64,000 bases of DNA from Octopus vulgaris (lineage: Eukaryota), in the NCBI GenBank assembly GCA_951406725.2, contig OX597823.1:15810001-15874000 (forward strand), given 5' to 3'. A model generated the notes under the pieces. The model ran no database searches and had not been told where the DNA came from. It saw only the letters and a program-made list of their open reading frames with translations. A program made the translations under genes and the position numbers. Of this stretch, positions 13,586-25,501 are shown in pieces. Position 1 is the first letter of the stretch; each line of letters begins with the position of its first letter.

Positions 13586-13789
13586 CTCTCTTACTCTTTT
13601 ACTTGTTTCAGTCATTTGACTGCGGCCATGCTGGAGCACCGCCTTTAGTCGACCAAATCGACCCCGGGACTTATTCTTTGTAAGCCCAGTTCTTATTCTA
13701 TCGGTCTCTTTTGCCGAACCGCTAAGTGACGGGGACGTAAACACACCAGCATCGGTTGTCAAGGAATGCTAGGGGGACCAACAGACACA

Positions 13790-13841
<52 letters not shown>

Positions 13842-14013
13842 CATATATACGACAGGCTTCTTTCAGTTTCCATCTACCAAATCCACTCACAAGGCATTGG
13901 TCGGCCCGGTGCTATAGCAGAAGACACTTACCCAAGATGCCACGCAGTGGGACTGAACTTAGAACCATGTGGTTGGTTAGCAAGCTACTTACCACACAGC
14001 AACTCCTACGCCT
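13586..14013 (-). mobile_element. tRNA-derived SINE family B, full length
   Basis: Reverse complement of 18535-18926, with internal (CA)n/(TA)n. Confidence 0.85.
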
Positions 14014-14901
14014 ACTTTACCATATTATTAATATTTATAGAGCTAGAGTATGATCCACTGAGTTATCCCCCGTGCATTATTGATATATGGGAGCATAGAT
14101 AGCCAAATTGATACAGAATCAGGCAATGAGTCAAGAGGTTGGCAATTCGTGCCTTGGGATCAACAAAGCTTCTGTCCAGTTTCTAGACAACTCTCAATGA
14201 CCAAATTAACTTTTCTTCATTGTTTAAGGAGGAACAGTATCCATGAGTTTTCTCAGACGCTCCACAAATAGTTTGTGTTATGCAGCTAATGTACAAGCTT
14301 AAATATAAATTGATGTTAAGAGAGAGAATATAAGGGATTGCTGTTCTGAGAGAAAGGTAACTGGGAAATATTCAGGGTAGAGTTTGAGTGATAAGAGGAA
14401 GAGGGGTAGGTGTAATAGTTGGGTTTAAGTTAGGTGAGATATACAACTTGCTGCTTTATAGGAGCAGGAACTGTTGTAGTTATATGAGTGTGTGTGAGAG
14501 AGAGTGAGAGAGAGAGAAGGTGGGGTATATGTAATAGTATGTCAGTAAGTGGAAGTTTGCCAGTCAGTTGGACAGGTCATTTTGGATGTAGTCCAGAATG
14601 TCCATGTTGTCTAATTGTTAAATTACTCCAGATGTATGATCAATATTCCAATGTAGGAATCGCAGTTATTATGATTCACCAATGTTAGCCATGCTAGCAC
14701 TGTAGTTCACTGGTTTTCTGTGGCAAAGATTACCTGGTTACTATCCAGTCCCAGCAATAACACATCTTTTCTTCATTTTATCCCAATCTCAGCAATATTC
14801 CCAGATTTACCCCTCTCTCTCCATCAACAATACCACCAAGAGTTACCTCATTGCCATAAATACTCTAGAACTAACTCAGTCTTATAATATGGACATTCCT
14901 A

Positions 14902-15546
14902 AGGCAGCAAGCTGGCAGAAAGGTTAGCATGCCGGGTAAAATGCTTAGTGGTATTTCGTCTGCCGTTACGTTCTGAGTTCAAATTCCGCCGAGGTCGACT
15001 TTACCTTTCATCCTTTTGGGGTCGATAAATTAAGTACCAGTTACACACTGGGGTCGATTAGTTTTATTCTCTTTGTCTGTCCTTAATCTCTTTGTCTGTC
15101 CTTGTTTGTCCCCTCTATGTTTAGCCTCTTGTGGGTAATAAAGAAATAAGAAACATTAGCATGCCGGGTGAAATGCTTAGCAGTATTTCTTCTGCCATTA
15201 CGTTCTGAGTTCAAATTCCGCTGAAGTCGACTTTGCCTTTCATCCTTTTGGGATCGATGAATTAAGTACCAGTTGCATACTTGGGTCGATCTAATTGACT
15301 GGTCCCTTCCCCAAAGATTTTGGGCCTTATGCCTAGAGTAGAAAAAGAAACGTTAGCACGCTGGGTGAAATGCTTAGCGGCATTTTGTCTGTCTTTATGT
15401 ACTCAGTTCAAATTCCGCCGAGGTTGACTTTGCCTTTCATCCTTTTGGGGTCAATAAATTAAGTACCGGTTGTGTACTTTAAGTCAATCTAATCAACTGG
15501 CCCCCTTTCCCAAAATTTCGGGCTTTATGCCTCGAGTAGAAAAGAA
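14902..15546 (+). mobile_element. Tandem trimer of SINE family C
   Basis: Three units ..ttagca..gggtgaaatgcttag..gttcaaattccgc.gaggtcgactttgcctttcatcc.. with B-box-like GAGTTCAAATTCC. Confidence 0.85.
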
Positions 15547-15700
15547 TATGGACATTCCTCCATCTTAATTACTATTTGACTGGATTACATGAAATGTTTG
15601 TATGAACTATAGTGTATTATTTGTATATAAACCTGTCATTTAACAAATTTATTTTGTTTTACTTCGCAAAATCTTAAAGTCATTTTCTTATTTCAAACAG

Positions 15701-15797
15701 GGTATGAATTTTGTAGCTGGTTTGTTGCTTATAACTGTGAAAAATCAAGAAAAAGTATTCTGGTTAATGGACACTTTAATGAATGAGATTTTACCAG
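15701..15797 (+). CDS. GRTP1: GRTP1-like exon
   Basis: tttcaaacag| GMNFVAGLLLITVKNQEKVFWLMDTLMNEILP |gttagt; 97 nt, phase 0 to 1. Confidence 0.93.
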
Positions 15798-16349
15798 GTT
15801 AGTTCACATTTCTGAAATTTTTTTAACAACATAAAATGGTAACAATGATCTTATTTTTCTGTCAGAAATGGAGGAGTTCTAGCTTAAATAAATGTTTAAT
15901 AGTATTTTATCTCATTTCTGAAAGCTGCAGAGGCATAGCCATGTGTTTAAGCAGTTTTTTTCAAAACTATGTGGACTCCAGTTTGATTACACTGTATGAT
16001 ATTTTTTGGGCAAAGGTTTTCATTGTAGCCTTAGGTTGACCAGTATCTTGTGAATGGAATTTGGTTGATAAAAACTGTGCAGAAACAACTTGTGTGTGTG
16101 AGTAAACAGCTGCTTCTATTTGACGTATTGTGGATGGTTGCTGGGATATGATTTTGTGATACAAAACCACATTGACTAGATCACTTACACATGTTATCAC
16201 AGATCAGTCCATGATAAGCATAACATGGTTCACAGTAGAGCGTATCATGTTATCCCAGATCAGTGATAAATGAATCAATGATAAACAAGGTTACATGTAT
16301 AAATGAATAGTTGATTATATTGATATAATACTTGACTGGCATTAATTTC

Positions 16350-16693
16350 TGCATCGCCTTACTGGCACTTGTGCTGGTGGCATGTGAAAAAACATTTGAG
16401 TGAGGTCGTTGCCAGTGCCACTGGACTGGCTCCTGTGCAGGTGGCACATAAAAAAAAACACCATTTGAGCATGGCCGTTGCCAGTACCACCTGACTGGCG
16501 CTCGTACCGGTGGCATGTAAAAGCACCCACTACGCTCTCGGAGTGATTGGCGTTAGGAAGGGCATCCAGCTGTAGAAACTCTGCCAGATCAGATTGGAGT
16601 CTGGTGCAGTCATCTAGTCTGGTGCAGACCTCAGTCAAATCATCCAGCCCATGCTAGAATGGAAAGCTTTCGTTAAAAGACGATGATGATGAT
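16350..16693 (+). mobile_element. Family A repeat
   Basis: Conserved core and (GAT)n tail. Confidence 0.8.
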
Positions 16694-16793
16694 AATCAAA
16701 TTCTAAGTTTTTTAACATAAAAATTGATGGAATATAGTTGTTCTGTTCTGTTTTAGTTTTTTGAAAATATTTTCTCTTTGTCTTCTCTTGTAG

Positions 16794-16857
16794 ATTTTTA
16801 CAATCCTGACATGAAAGCACTCAAAGCCGAGCAGGAGTTGTTGGGGCAAATTGTGAG
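16794..16857 (+). CDS. GRTP1: GRTP1-like exon
   Basis: ctcttgtag| (D)FYNPDMKALKAEQELLGQIV(S) |gttcgt; 64 nt, phase 1 to 2; resembles GRTP1 DYYSPAMLGLKTDQEVLGELV. Confidence 0.9.
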
Positions 16858-17749
16858 GTTCGTCTGTTTAACCTTTTACCATTGTTAATTACTTTAAACA
16901 TGCCACAAGACAATGAGGGAGCGTCTGTATGGCTGCTTGGTAAGCTAGAAATAGTAGCCAAATCTCCTTTAGGTAACAACGTATTGTTTTAAAACTGGAA
17001 GAACATATTGAATAAGGTAGTCCAGATATATTATGTTTCAAAATAAAAGACAGGATGGTCGTGGATGATATACATTCAATCACAAAACTGCTTAAGTGGG
17101 GCTGAACAATAACCCTTGATAATAATGAAATTACAGAAGTAGAATTTGAATTTAGAATGCAGAGAACTTGAACAAACATTACCAGACCTACTAGGCAACA
17201 CTTAAGCAATTCTACTAGTTCACTGCTGTGTGTGTGTGTGTGTGTGTGTGTGTCATTGACTTGTGACTCTCGTCTGCATTTAGAAAACTGATAATATGCA
17301 AGCTCAATAGAAAAAACGATTCTGTAGCATGCATTCATGCATAGCTGTATCAAGGGAAATAACTCTCAACCAAGGGAAATAACTCGTTCAGAAAAATATC
17401 TTTTCTTTAGACAGCATGAAGAGTTAGTTAACGTAATTTATACAGGGAAGATTAAAGAAAGTAAAAATAATGTAAATAGTTTATTTATTTACATGAAGAA
17501 TAAATTAATTCAATGAATAATGTTAGTTCAGTTTTGCTTTTGGGAAACAAAAAGTTACTTATCTATGGCTCAACGTTGAAAAACAATGGGAGTGTCTTGA
17601 CCTTTCAACTTAGAAAATGATTGAAAACAGCAAATGAATGAAAGAATAAACTGAATTTAAAAAATACGGCAAGAAAAAATACTTCTCACTCACTTTCAGA
17701 ATTTTGCTGAATGTTTTTATCGTATAACTAAATGGTGTAACGACTATAT

Positions 17750-17872
17750 ACGGGATTCTTTCAGTTTCCGTCTACCAAATCCACTCACAAGGCATTGGTA
17801 GGCCCAAGGCTATAGTAGAAGACATTTGCCCAAGGTGCCACGCAGCGGGACTGAACCCGGAACCATGTGGTT
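17750..17872 (-). mobile_element. SINE family B, 5' portion
   Basis: ctttcagtttccgtctaccaaatccactcacaaggc..ggaaccatgtggtt. Confidence 0.8.
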
Positions 17873-17899
17873 CGACGTCTGGCAGCTGACTTGGCAGAC

Positions 17900-18348
17900 A
17901 CACATAAAATTATCAACCATCGTACAAACAATAACTCTGAGCACCTTTTCAAACTCCACCCGTACAAACAATAACTCTGAGCACCTTTTCAGACTCCACC
18001 CATCTAACACCCGTGGACATATTTACAAAGTCAGAAAACAGCACAGCTCCCATGACTTCAGGAAACATTTTTTCATGCTGAGAGTTGCTGAAGCATGGAA
18101 CAAACTGCCGGCATCGGTTGTTAGTTGTCAGAGCACTGCATCCTTCAAAACTTCCATGCTTCCTGAGATTTGCCAACACTACACCTGATTTTCTCCCCTC
18201 CATACACACACAAGCATGTATCTGACTCATACATTGTTCGCTTTCCAGACATTTCTACATTACTGCATGTACTTTATATGCACTTTCTGACAAGTTGTGG
18301 TGCACCTGAGCACTGTATACAATAATTTCATTATTATTATTATTATAA
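17900..18348 (+). mobile_element. CR1-like LINE 3' end with (ATT)n tail
   Basis: TRGHIYKVRKQH..RKHFFMLRVAEAWNKLP motif typical of CR1-group ORF2 C-termini. Confidence 0.85.
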
Positions 18349-18534
18349 TTAGTTTTACATCGTTGTAACCGAAGTAACAGTCGTAGAACAGTTGTTACTG
18401 TTATATAACTGGCTCAATAGCTATGCAATTGGTGTTACATCTACAGTCATAGTGTGATATATAAGTGGTGTAACAGTTAAATGCGTTATGTGATGGATGT
18501 ATTACTTGTCTACTATATTCCTAAGTATATTGTA

Positions 18535-18926
18535 GGCGTAGGAGTGGCTTTGTGGTAAGTGGCTTGCTTACCAACCACATGGTTCCGGGTTTAGTCCCAC
18601 TGCGTGGCACCTTGGGCGAGTGTCTTTTACTATAGCCTCGGGCCGACCAAAGCCTTGTGAGTAGATTTGGTAGATGGAAACTGAAAGAAGCTCGTCGTAT
18701 ATATGTATATATATGTTTGTGTGTCTGTGTTTGTCCCTCAACATCGCTTGACAACCGATGCTGGTGTGTTTATGTCTTTGTAACTTAGCAGTTTGGCAAA
18801 AGAGACCGATAGAATAAGTACTAGGCTTACAAAGAATAAGTCTTGCGGTCGATTTGCTCGACTAAAGGCGGTGCTCCAGCATGGCCACAGTCAAATGACT
18901 GAAACAAGTAAAAGAGTAAAAGAGTA
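18535..18926 (+). mobile_element. tRNA-derived SINE family B, full length
   Basis: ggcgtaggagtggc..tggtaag head, B-box-like gggtttagtccc, aaaagagtaaaagag tail. Confidence 0.85.
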
Positions 18927-19043
18927 TCCTATTTTGTAATAGGCTAAGTATTCAAAACTTATTGCTTCACGTCCATATTTTTGAATAGATAAATAAAAAT
19001 GAAAGCAGAGAAACACTATTTTTCTCATGAGGTCAGTCTAATG

Positions 19044-19391
19044 CAGGGGTTGTCAGCCATTTTTTATCTATGGACCCCTTTGATTACTAATTTATTCTGG
19101 TGGACCCCACAGCCATTCAATGTTTAAAAATGAGTTTTATAGAAACTTCATTCAAAATTCCTGTTTGTTTTTCATGCATTAACTTGTGTAGGTTGAACTA
19201 TGTAAAATGTTAAAGAAAAAGAAACCTGGCTGTTTCTTGCAATACATACCAATATATACATCTAAAGCAAAATCTTTTCAGGGCCCCTTAAAATACTGTT
19301 GTGGATCCCCAGTTTACTATTTTATTGTGTGGACTCCCAAAATCTTATATGGCCCCTGAGGGGCCATATGGACCCCAGTTCAGAACCACTG
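19044..19391. mobile_element. hAT-type MITE
   Basis: CAGGGGTT...AACCACTG termini; 8-bp TSD gtctaatg/atctaatg (7/8). Confidence 0.75.
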
Positions 19392-20261
19392 ATCTAATGC
19401 ATGCCTGATACTCATTGTATAAATGACTGGGGAATGAAATGTAAAGTTGATCCTGGTAGTATTTGAATGCATAAGATAGAAGTACCCAACACAATAACTA
19501 TATATGGTAAGGCATTTAAATCTAGTGCTACCACTGTACTGTCTCTTTGGGATTTGAACTCAAAATGTAGAAGAATGAAAGCAAATATTGTAGGAGATTC
19601 TAGTTTGTCATTCCACAATTTCACTTCTCTACCAAATCCATCTCAGTATATTACTGGTATTTATTTAATTAATCCTAAAGAATACAAAATAAACTTTATC
19701 CTGATATGATTTGAACTCTGAATGTAGAGATCTATAAGTAAAACTGTAAGGTATTTTAGTTCATGATTCTGATTTTTTTCTCATTCCTTCACCCTGTAAT
19801 AATAATAGTTTGCTTAATTAACCACAAGGGATATAAAAATACTTTTTCTAGCATTTAGCATTTTTTTCTAATTTTTTTATTCTGTGGCAATAATTTTTTT
19901 AGCATAAACATAAGACTAGAAATTTCAGTAGAAGTCAGATTCAGTTTCATTGACTTATGTATTTGTCTGGCCAATAAAGGATTCTTTATGTGCTCCCTCT
20001 ACCTGCAAGAAATAGAAGACAAATCTCCACAGAATCACATCATATTATCTTAAAAAGGGAAAGGTCACTTTAGATAATGTGGACCTAGATACACTGTGTT
20101 TGAAAAAGTGTGGTGATTACAGCTGGAACCTCATTGGTCTGTTTTATCAGAAATGAATTGGGACTGAGTAACACTAAACATAGTAGCTACAACTCACCTC
20201 CATATGACTAAATAACAATATTGATTTGTGTCACTTTTCTTTTTCTTTTTTTTTGTTCTAG

Positions 20262-20370
20262 TTGGAAATTACCAGAAGTTCACAGACATCTTGTATCATT
20301 GGGTGTTCCCTGGATGCTTATTGGAACAAAGTGGTTCATTTGTATGTATGCAGATGTTGCTCCAGTTGAG
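20262..20370 (+). CDS. GRTP1: GRTP1-like exon
   Basis: tgttctag| WKLPEVHRHLVSLGVPWMLIGTKWFICMYADVAPVE |gtgaga; 109 nt, phase 2 to 0. Confidence 0.93.
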
Positions 20371-20632
20371 GTGAGAATATATTTTTAGGGGCTCCCTTCA
20401 TCTTCCTATTTTTTCAATGTAAATATGCAAACATTGGAATGTTAGATGTGTGACCAGTCAAGTTCATCATATGTTATCTCATCACCTGACACAGATACTC
20501 TTGCTCCTTGACAAACATGCTCAACTCTACATCCATGTCACCTTCCTGGCAAAACAGGATCTAGACATTATCCTATCTAACCTATTATGTTATCAAAAAA
20601 TATAACAACCATATATATATATATATATTTTA

Positions 20633-20722
20633 GTCTAAGGTGTACCTGCTGAAGAAGGCTTCACCTAGCAAAAAATTTTGTTTGCTAAAAAAAGTCTGAA
20701 ACCATTGGTCTAGGAGTTAGAT
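20633..20722 (+). ncRNA. Type I hammerhead ribozyme candidate (intronic, sense)
   Basis: CTGAAGA 20649-55; stem II aggctt/aagtct; GAAA 20698-701; stem III ACC/GGT; GTC triplet 20708-10; stem I cctg/tagg plus gtctaa/ttagat. Confidence 0.7.
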
Positions 20723-21228
20723 GGTAAATGTTTTTATTTTTCATTCCCTTCAATTTTTATCTCTAATAGCAGTTTGGAATTTAACTGTCCTCTCTAGTGT
20801 GTAGGTAGTCCTCTTATGTGTTTAAATGTACACTGTATATCTATCTATCTATCTGTCTATATATTTATTTATTTATTTACCACATGAACTACAATGAAAA
20901 AGATGTGAGTAAGATATGGTATATAATTTCTTTTGTGCAGGGGTTCCTTGAGACATGTAATTTATTTTAAGGGTTGTGTAAGGCTAAAAAGTCGAGAAAC
21001 ACTGATGTAGAGGTACATCAGTTTTTACTGAGAGTTTCTGCCTTCTTAGATAGTTTACTTGTGGTTCAGCTAGTTGAGCCTGTATCTCCTTCATTTGTTT
21101 CTTTCTTTGTGGAACTTTTTCAGAATTGTGAACTTTATATTATCCTTCGATTATTTTGTTGGGTGTTATCCTCTCACTCTCGCATTTATTCACTCCTTTC
21201 TTTACCATCCTTCTTGTTTTTTTTGCAG

Positions 21229-21414
21229 ACTGTTTTACGTATTTGGGATTCCTTATTTTATGAAGGTTCCAAGATCCTGCTGCGAGTTGCTTTCACTTTG
21301 ATCTCAATGAACAGCGATAAAATTCTGGCCTGTAAAGATTTTCCTGAAGCTGTTCACATAATTCAGAGTTCGGTAAAACACCCTTTGGTGAAACATTGTC
21401 ATAGTTTCATGGAG
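21229..21414 (+). CDS. GRTP1: GRTP1-like exon
   Basis: ttttgcag| TVLRIWDSLFYEGSKILLRVAFTLI...VKHCHSFME |gtaagc; 186 nt; resembles GRTP1 TVLRIWDCLFNEGSKIIFRVALTLI..ECHTFMQ. Confidence 0.95.
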
Positions 21415-21618
21415 GTAAGCATCTTCTCCCTCACTTTCACCCTTACACTTGCCATTGTCATGCTTATTGATGTCATTGTCATCATCACCATGCCGATATG
21501 AAATGGATGAGCCCACAATGTGATTTACAACCTCTTCCACGTTACATGTCCAACGTCTTCTGTGATGTCCAGTGTTATCAGCCTTGCCCTGACTGCAGTT
21601 GGTATTCATTAGTGATAA

Positions 21619-21851
21619 GGTGGCGAGCTGGCAGAGTCGTTAGCACGCCGGGCGAAATGCTTAGCCGTATTTCGTCTGCTGTTACGTTCTGAGTTCAAAT
21701 TCCACCGAGGTCGACTTTGCCTTTCATCCTTTCAGGGTCGATTAAATAAGTACCAGTTACGCACTGGGGTCGATATAATCGACTTATTCCGTTTGTCTGT
21801 CCTTGTTTGTCCTCTCTGTGTTTAGCCCCTTGTGGGCAGTAAAGAAATAGG
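21619..21851 (+). mobile_element. SINE family C with 15-bp target-site duplication
   Basis: ggtattcattagtga at 21601-21615 and 21850-21864 flanks a full monomer. Confidence 0.9.
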
Positions 21852-22175
21852 TATTCATTAGTGACGTCATCCAGAAATGGTTGAGAGTGTCTTAGTAGCA
21901 TTATAGAAGATAATTTAAAACATTTTAGAAGATATAAAAATAAATGGATTATGAAGGCCTGAGAACATTATGTTTCAAAAAAAAAATAAAGAATGGAGAT
22001 TGTCACAGCTGGAATGTCTGTGATCAAAGATCTTTGACTAAACAACAACACACACACCCACATGCACACTCATATGTGCATGTACATATATGTACGTGCA
22101 TGTACATACACACTCATATGTTTGGCTAGTTCTGTTTGGTGTATTACAATTTTATTTTTTTGCCCTAATTAGGAC

Positions 22176-22428
22176 ACTGAGAGTTGCTGAAGCATGGAAC
22201 AAACTGCCGGCATCAGTTGTTAGTTGTCGGAGCACTGCAACCTTCAAAACTTCCATGCTTTCTGAGATTTGCCAACACTACACCTGATTTTCTCCCCTCC
22301 ATACACACATAAGCATGTATCTGACTCATACATTGTTCGCTTTCCAGACATTTTTACATTACTGCATGTACTTTATATGCACTTTCTGACAAGTTGTGGT
22401 GCACCTGAGCACTGTATACAATAATTTC

Positions 22429-22463
<35 letters not shown>

Positions 22464-22465
22464 AA
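22176..22465 (+). mobile_element. CR1-like LINE 3' end
   Basis: Near-identical to 18078-18348; (ATT)n tail. Confidence 0.85.
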
Positions 22466-22530
22466 TTGTAAAAATATTTTTTTTCATCTTTACTTATGTT
22501 TTTTTTTTTATTTCTTTTCTTCATTTCCAG

Positions 22531-22611
22531 TTAATTTTCAAAGAAACGGGATCATTTCCTCGCAGTGAAATTACAAAGATGAGAAAAAGTTGTATTGAGA
22601 AAATAACATAG
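22531..22611 (+). CDS. GRTP1: GRTP1-like terminal coding exon
   Basis: tcatttccag| LIFKETGSFPRSEITKMRKSCIEKIT*; resembles GRTP1 KIFSEPGSLSMATVAKLRESC. Confidence 0.9.
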   Translation, partial: LIFKETGSFPRSEITKMRKSCIEKIT

Positions 22612-22942
22612 CACAAAATCACAAGTTCCATCTGGTCTACAATGGTTTTAAAAAAAATATTTATCTGGTTCAGAGATCCTTGAAAAATATCGAGAGAATA
22701 CTAAGAGAGTATTCTCGACTCTTTATTTGTCACTCTTCCTAAATTTACTCTTTCCACAGAGTCCTTTTTCTCTAAACCAGTTTTGTTTTCTATTGGCAAA
22801 ATTTGAAAAAAAAAAAAAACATTTAACACCTTCCTTGAAAAAAAAAAACAGCAAAAAAACATAGAATGTATTATTTATTTTATTGTATTCCATCTTTATT
22901 TTTGTTATTCACCTCTTACCCAAAACAGTCTTTCCTTTTGAT

Positions 22943-22948
22943 AATAAA
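22943..22948 (+). promoter_or_regulatory. Candidate polyadenylation signal
   Basis: First AATAAA noticed after the stop (about 330 nt), with GT/T-rich sequence downstream; the motif is common in AT-rich DNA. Confidence 0.3.
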
Positions 22949-24224
22949 CCAAACCACAATCAGTGTCTTTATTTCTCACAAAAGTTTGAGAGAGAGAGAG
23001 AGGGGGGTGTTAGTGTTGTGTATGTGAGGGAGATTGTTTCTATAAAATATTTTGGTTTATTTAAACCTAAAATTTAAAGGGAACAAAACCAGAAATTTTC
23101 CTTCTTAATTTTTTTCTTGATAGTTGCACAATTCAAAAGAAATATTTTTCCTTTTAATTATCTTGAGCAAGTTAATTAGTTGCTCTTAATACATATTGTC
23201 TTGGGGCTCATTTTACTTTGCAAAACTGTGAATATCTCTCACACTGAGGTATTGGTCACCAATGCCAGCAACAGGAGCATTCTATGTGAGAATGCAAACA
23301 ATAGAAGCACTCACTGAAGAAGACTCTACACAGTCGTTTCTTCTGCTAGAAATAGCAGCCAAATATTTTTCAAACACATCTTTTAAAAAAGAAGTGGACA
23401 CACTGAATACAGGTACAACATTGATTTTCCAGAACCTTTGGTTCCAAAATCTCTCCAGATGACTGCTTTTTCCAAAGCAGGGGTGGTCACCTCTAAATTA
23501 AAAAAAGAATATTAAATTTACTTAAATGATTAAATGAGATACTGCTACCTGTACGTTAGTATAAATGGTACAAGTTTGTTAATACTGTGCTTGACAAGGT
23601 ACTGTGAAACAGGAGCAATCAGTATACTAGTCTGGTGGCATCAGGAATTTGAAGTTCCTGCTCAGAAATTTGTGCGGGTTATGAGAGGTTCCAAATCATT
23701 GGTGTCCTGAAAGTCAGTGTTGTACCTCGAAACACTATTTTTGAAAACAAGACAAGACAGGGTATAGATGGAAAGCCTTTGAATATAGGTTTCTTCAGTC
23801 AAGGATGATATGGGGTTCTATAATTAAGGAATGTTTTATCAACTTACTATGGTGAGTTTGAAGCTTTCCTGCAGGTCTGGACCTTGACAGAAGTGCTTGT
23901 AATACAGCTTGGTTCAGCCAATTTGAGATAAAAAAAAAACCGCACCTATTACTGAGTAACAGATTTTGATATAATGATTACAAGAAGTCATTGATTAAAG
24001 GTGTTCCTGAATTTGACATGAAATATTATAGCATGATGAATAATCAAATTTTTTCCCAAAAGTAAAAAGAATATTTGCCATTTATAAATTTATTGACATT
24101 TTCCTCTCAACTCTGTTATTTATTCGTCTATAAACTTTTCCTTTTCAAAACACTTCTTTTTGTATTCACTGTTTGTCAGCCTTTATCAGTTATTTATGAA
24201 AACGTTTACATACATGTATACATA

Positions 24225-24257
<33 letters not shown>

Positions 24258-24267
24258 TTGTGTGTCT

Positions 24268-24398
24268 ACCAACCACATGGTTCTGGTTCAGTCCCACTGT
24301 GTGGCACCTTGGGCAAGTGTCGTCTACTATAGCCTCAGGCTGAACAAGGCCTTGTGAGTGGATTTGGTAGATGGAAACTGAAAGAAGCCCATTGTATA

Positions 24399-24438
<40 letters not shown>

Positions 24439-24640
24439 TGTCCTTCCTACCACTTGAGAACAGCTGTTGGTGTGTTTACACCCCCATAACTTAGCAGTTT
24501 GGCAAAAGAGACCAATAGAATAAATACCAAGCTTAAATAAATAAAAGTCACGGTGTCAATTCATTCAACTAAAATTTTTCAAGGTGGGGCTCCTGCATAG
24601 CTGCAGTCTAATGAATGAAATGAGTAAAAGAATAAAAGAA
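24268..24640 (+). mobile_element. SINE family B (diverged)
   Basis: accaaccacatggttctggttcagtcccactg..gaaactgaaagaagcc..ggcaaaagagacc. Confidence 0.8.
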
Positions 24641-24661
24641 TACACACACATATATATATGA

Positions 24662-25168
24662 CTAGCAGTATCGCCCGGCGTTGCTTGGGTTTGTAAGGGA
24701 AATAACTATATAAGCATTTTTAGAGAGTTACTTCCCTTATAAATTCGGGCTTTCTTAGCCATTTTTGTTTGGGTGTCTTCAAGCCATGAAGTTGTTGTTC
24801 TAAAAGAACGCTGGTTTCCTTCACAATGCATTACGACGTTGATTTCATTACACTCCCTTCCCCACAGCTTCACGAGGGAGGAAGAAGGGGAGAAGCAAAC
24901 AGGTGCAGCTGTGAGCGTGGACGCCAACTCCGCCGCCATCGACATACGATGCATTTTATGCATTAAAATGGAATAAAAAATGATGTTAAATTATTTTTAA
25001 AATCGTAGACTCATCGTTGACGCGCGCTAATAGTCAGACGGGCTCGATATGAATCCCGACTATAAGATACCCGGTTTTGGTTAAACTGCACCGCAAAATG
25101 TGGGAGTAGTTAGGAATCTAAATCGAAGGGGACAGACACTCACACAACTAGAGTTTTATATATATAGA
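24662..25168 (-). mobile_element. Non-autonomous Helitron with extra internal segment
   Basis: Same TC / hairpin-CTAG termini; about 24740-24955 is absent from the other copies. Confidence 0.8.
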
Positions 25169-25456
25169 TTATACACGAACTCACTGGCACATGTGCATAC
25201 AGACGTGTGCGCACACAGACATGCGCACACACAGAGGGTGTTCATAAATTATCATTACAACTTTTACAATTTATTGTATCACGAGAGTGTGTTGCATGCA
25301 ACAAATGGTGCGTGCATGGATTTGTTTTGATGTTTCTAAAAACAAAACTTTATTTGTTTTCCAATAAACTCTGTTGAGTTTATCCTTATTTTCCTTCTTT
25401 TTTTTTTTTGTTTTCTGAATTGTTCGACTGTAAAGGTAAATCCTGGACACCCTGTG

Positions 25457-25501
<45 letters not shown>

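Noticed and set aside
20974-21501. 175-aa ORF as a standalone gene
   Set aside because: Only 21229-21414 is exon; the flanks are intron read-through.
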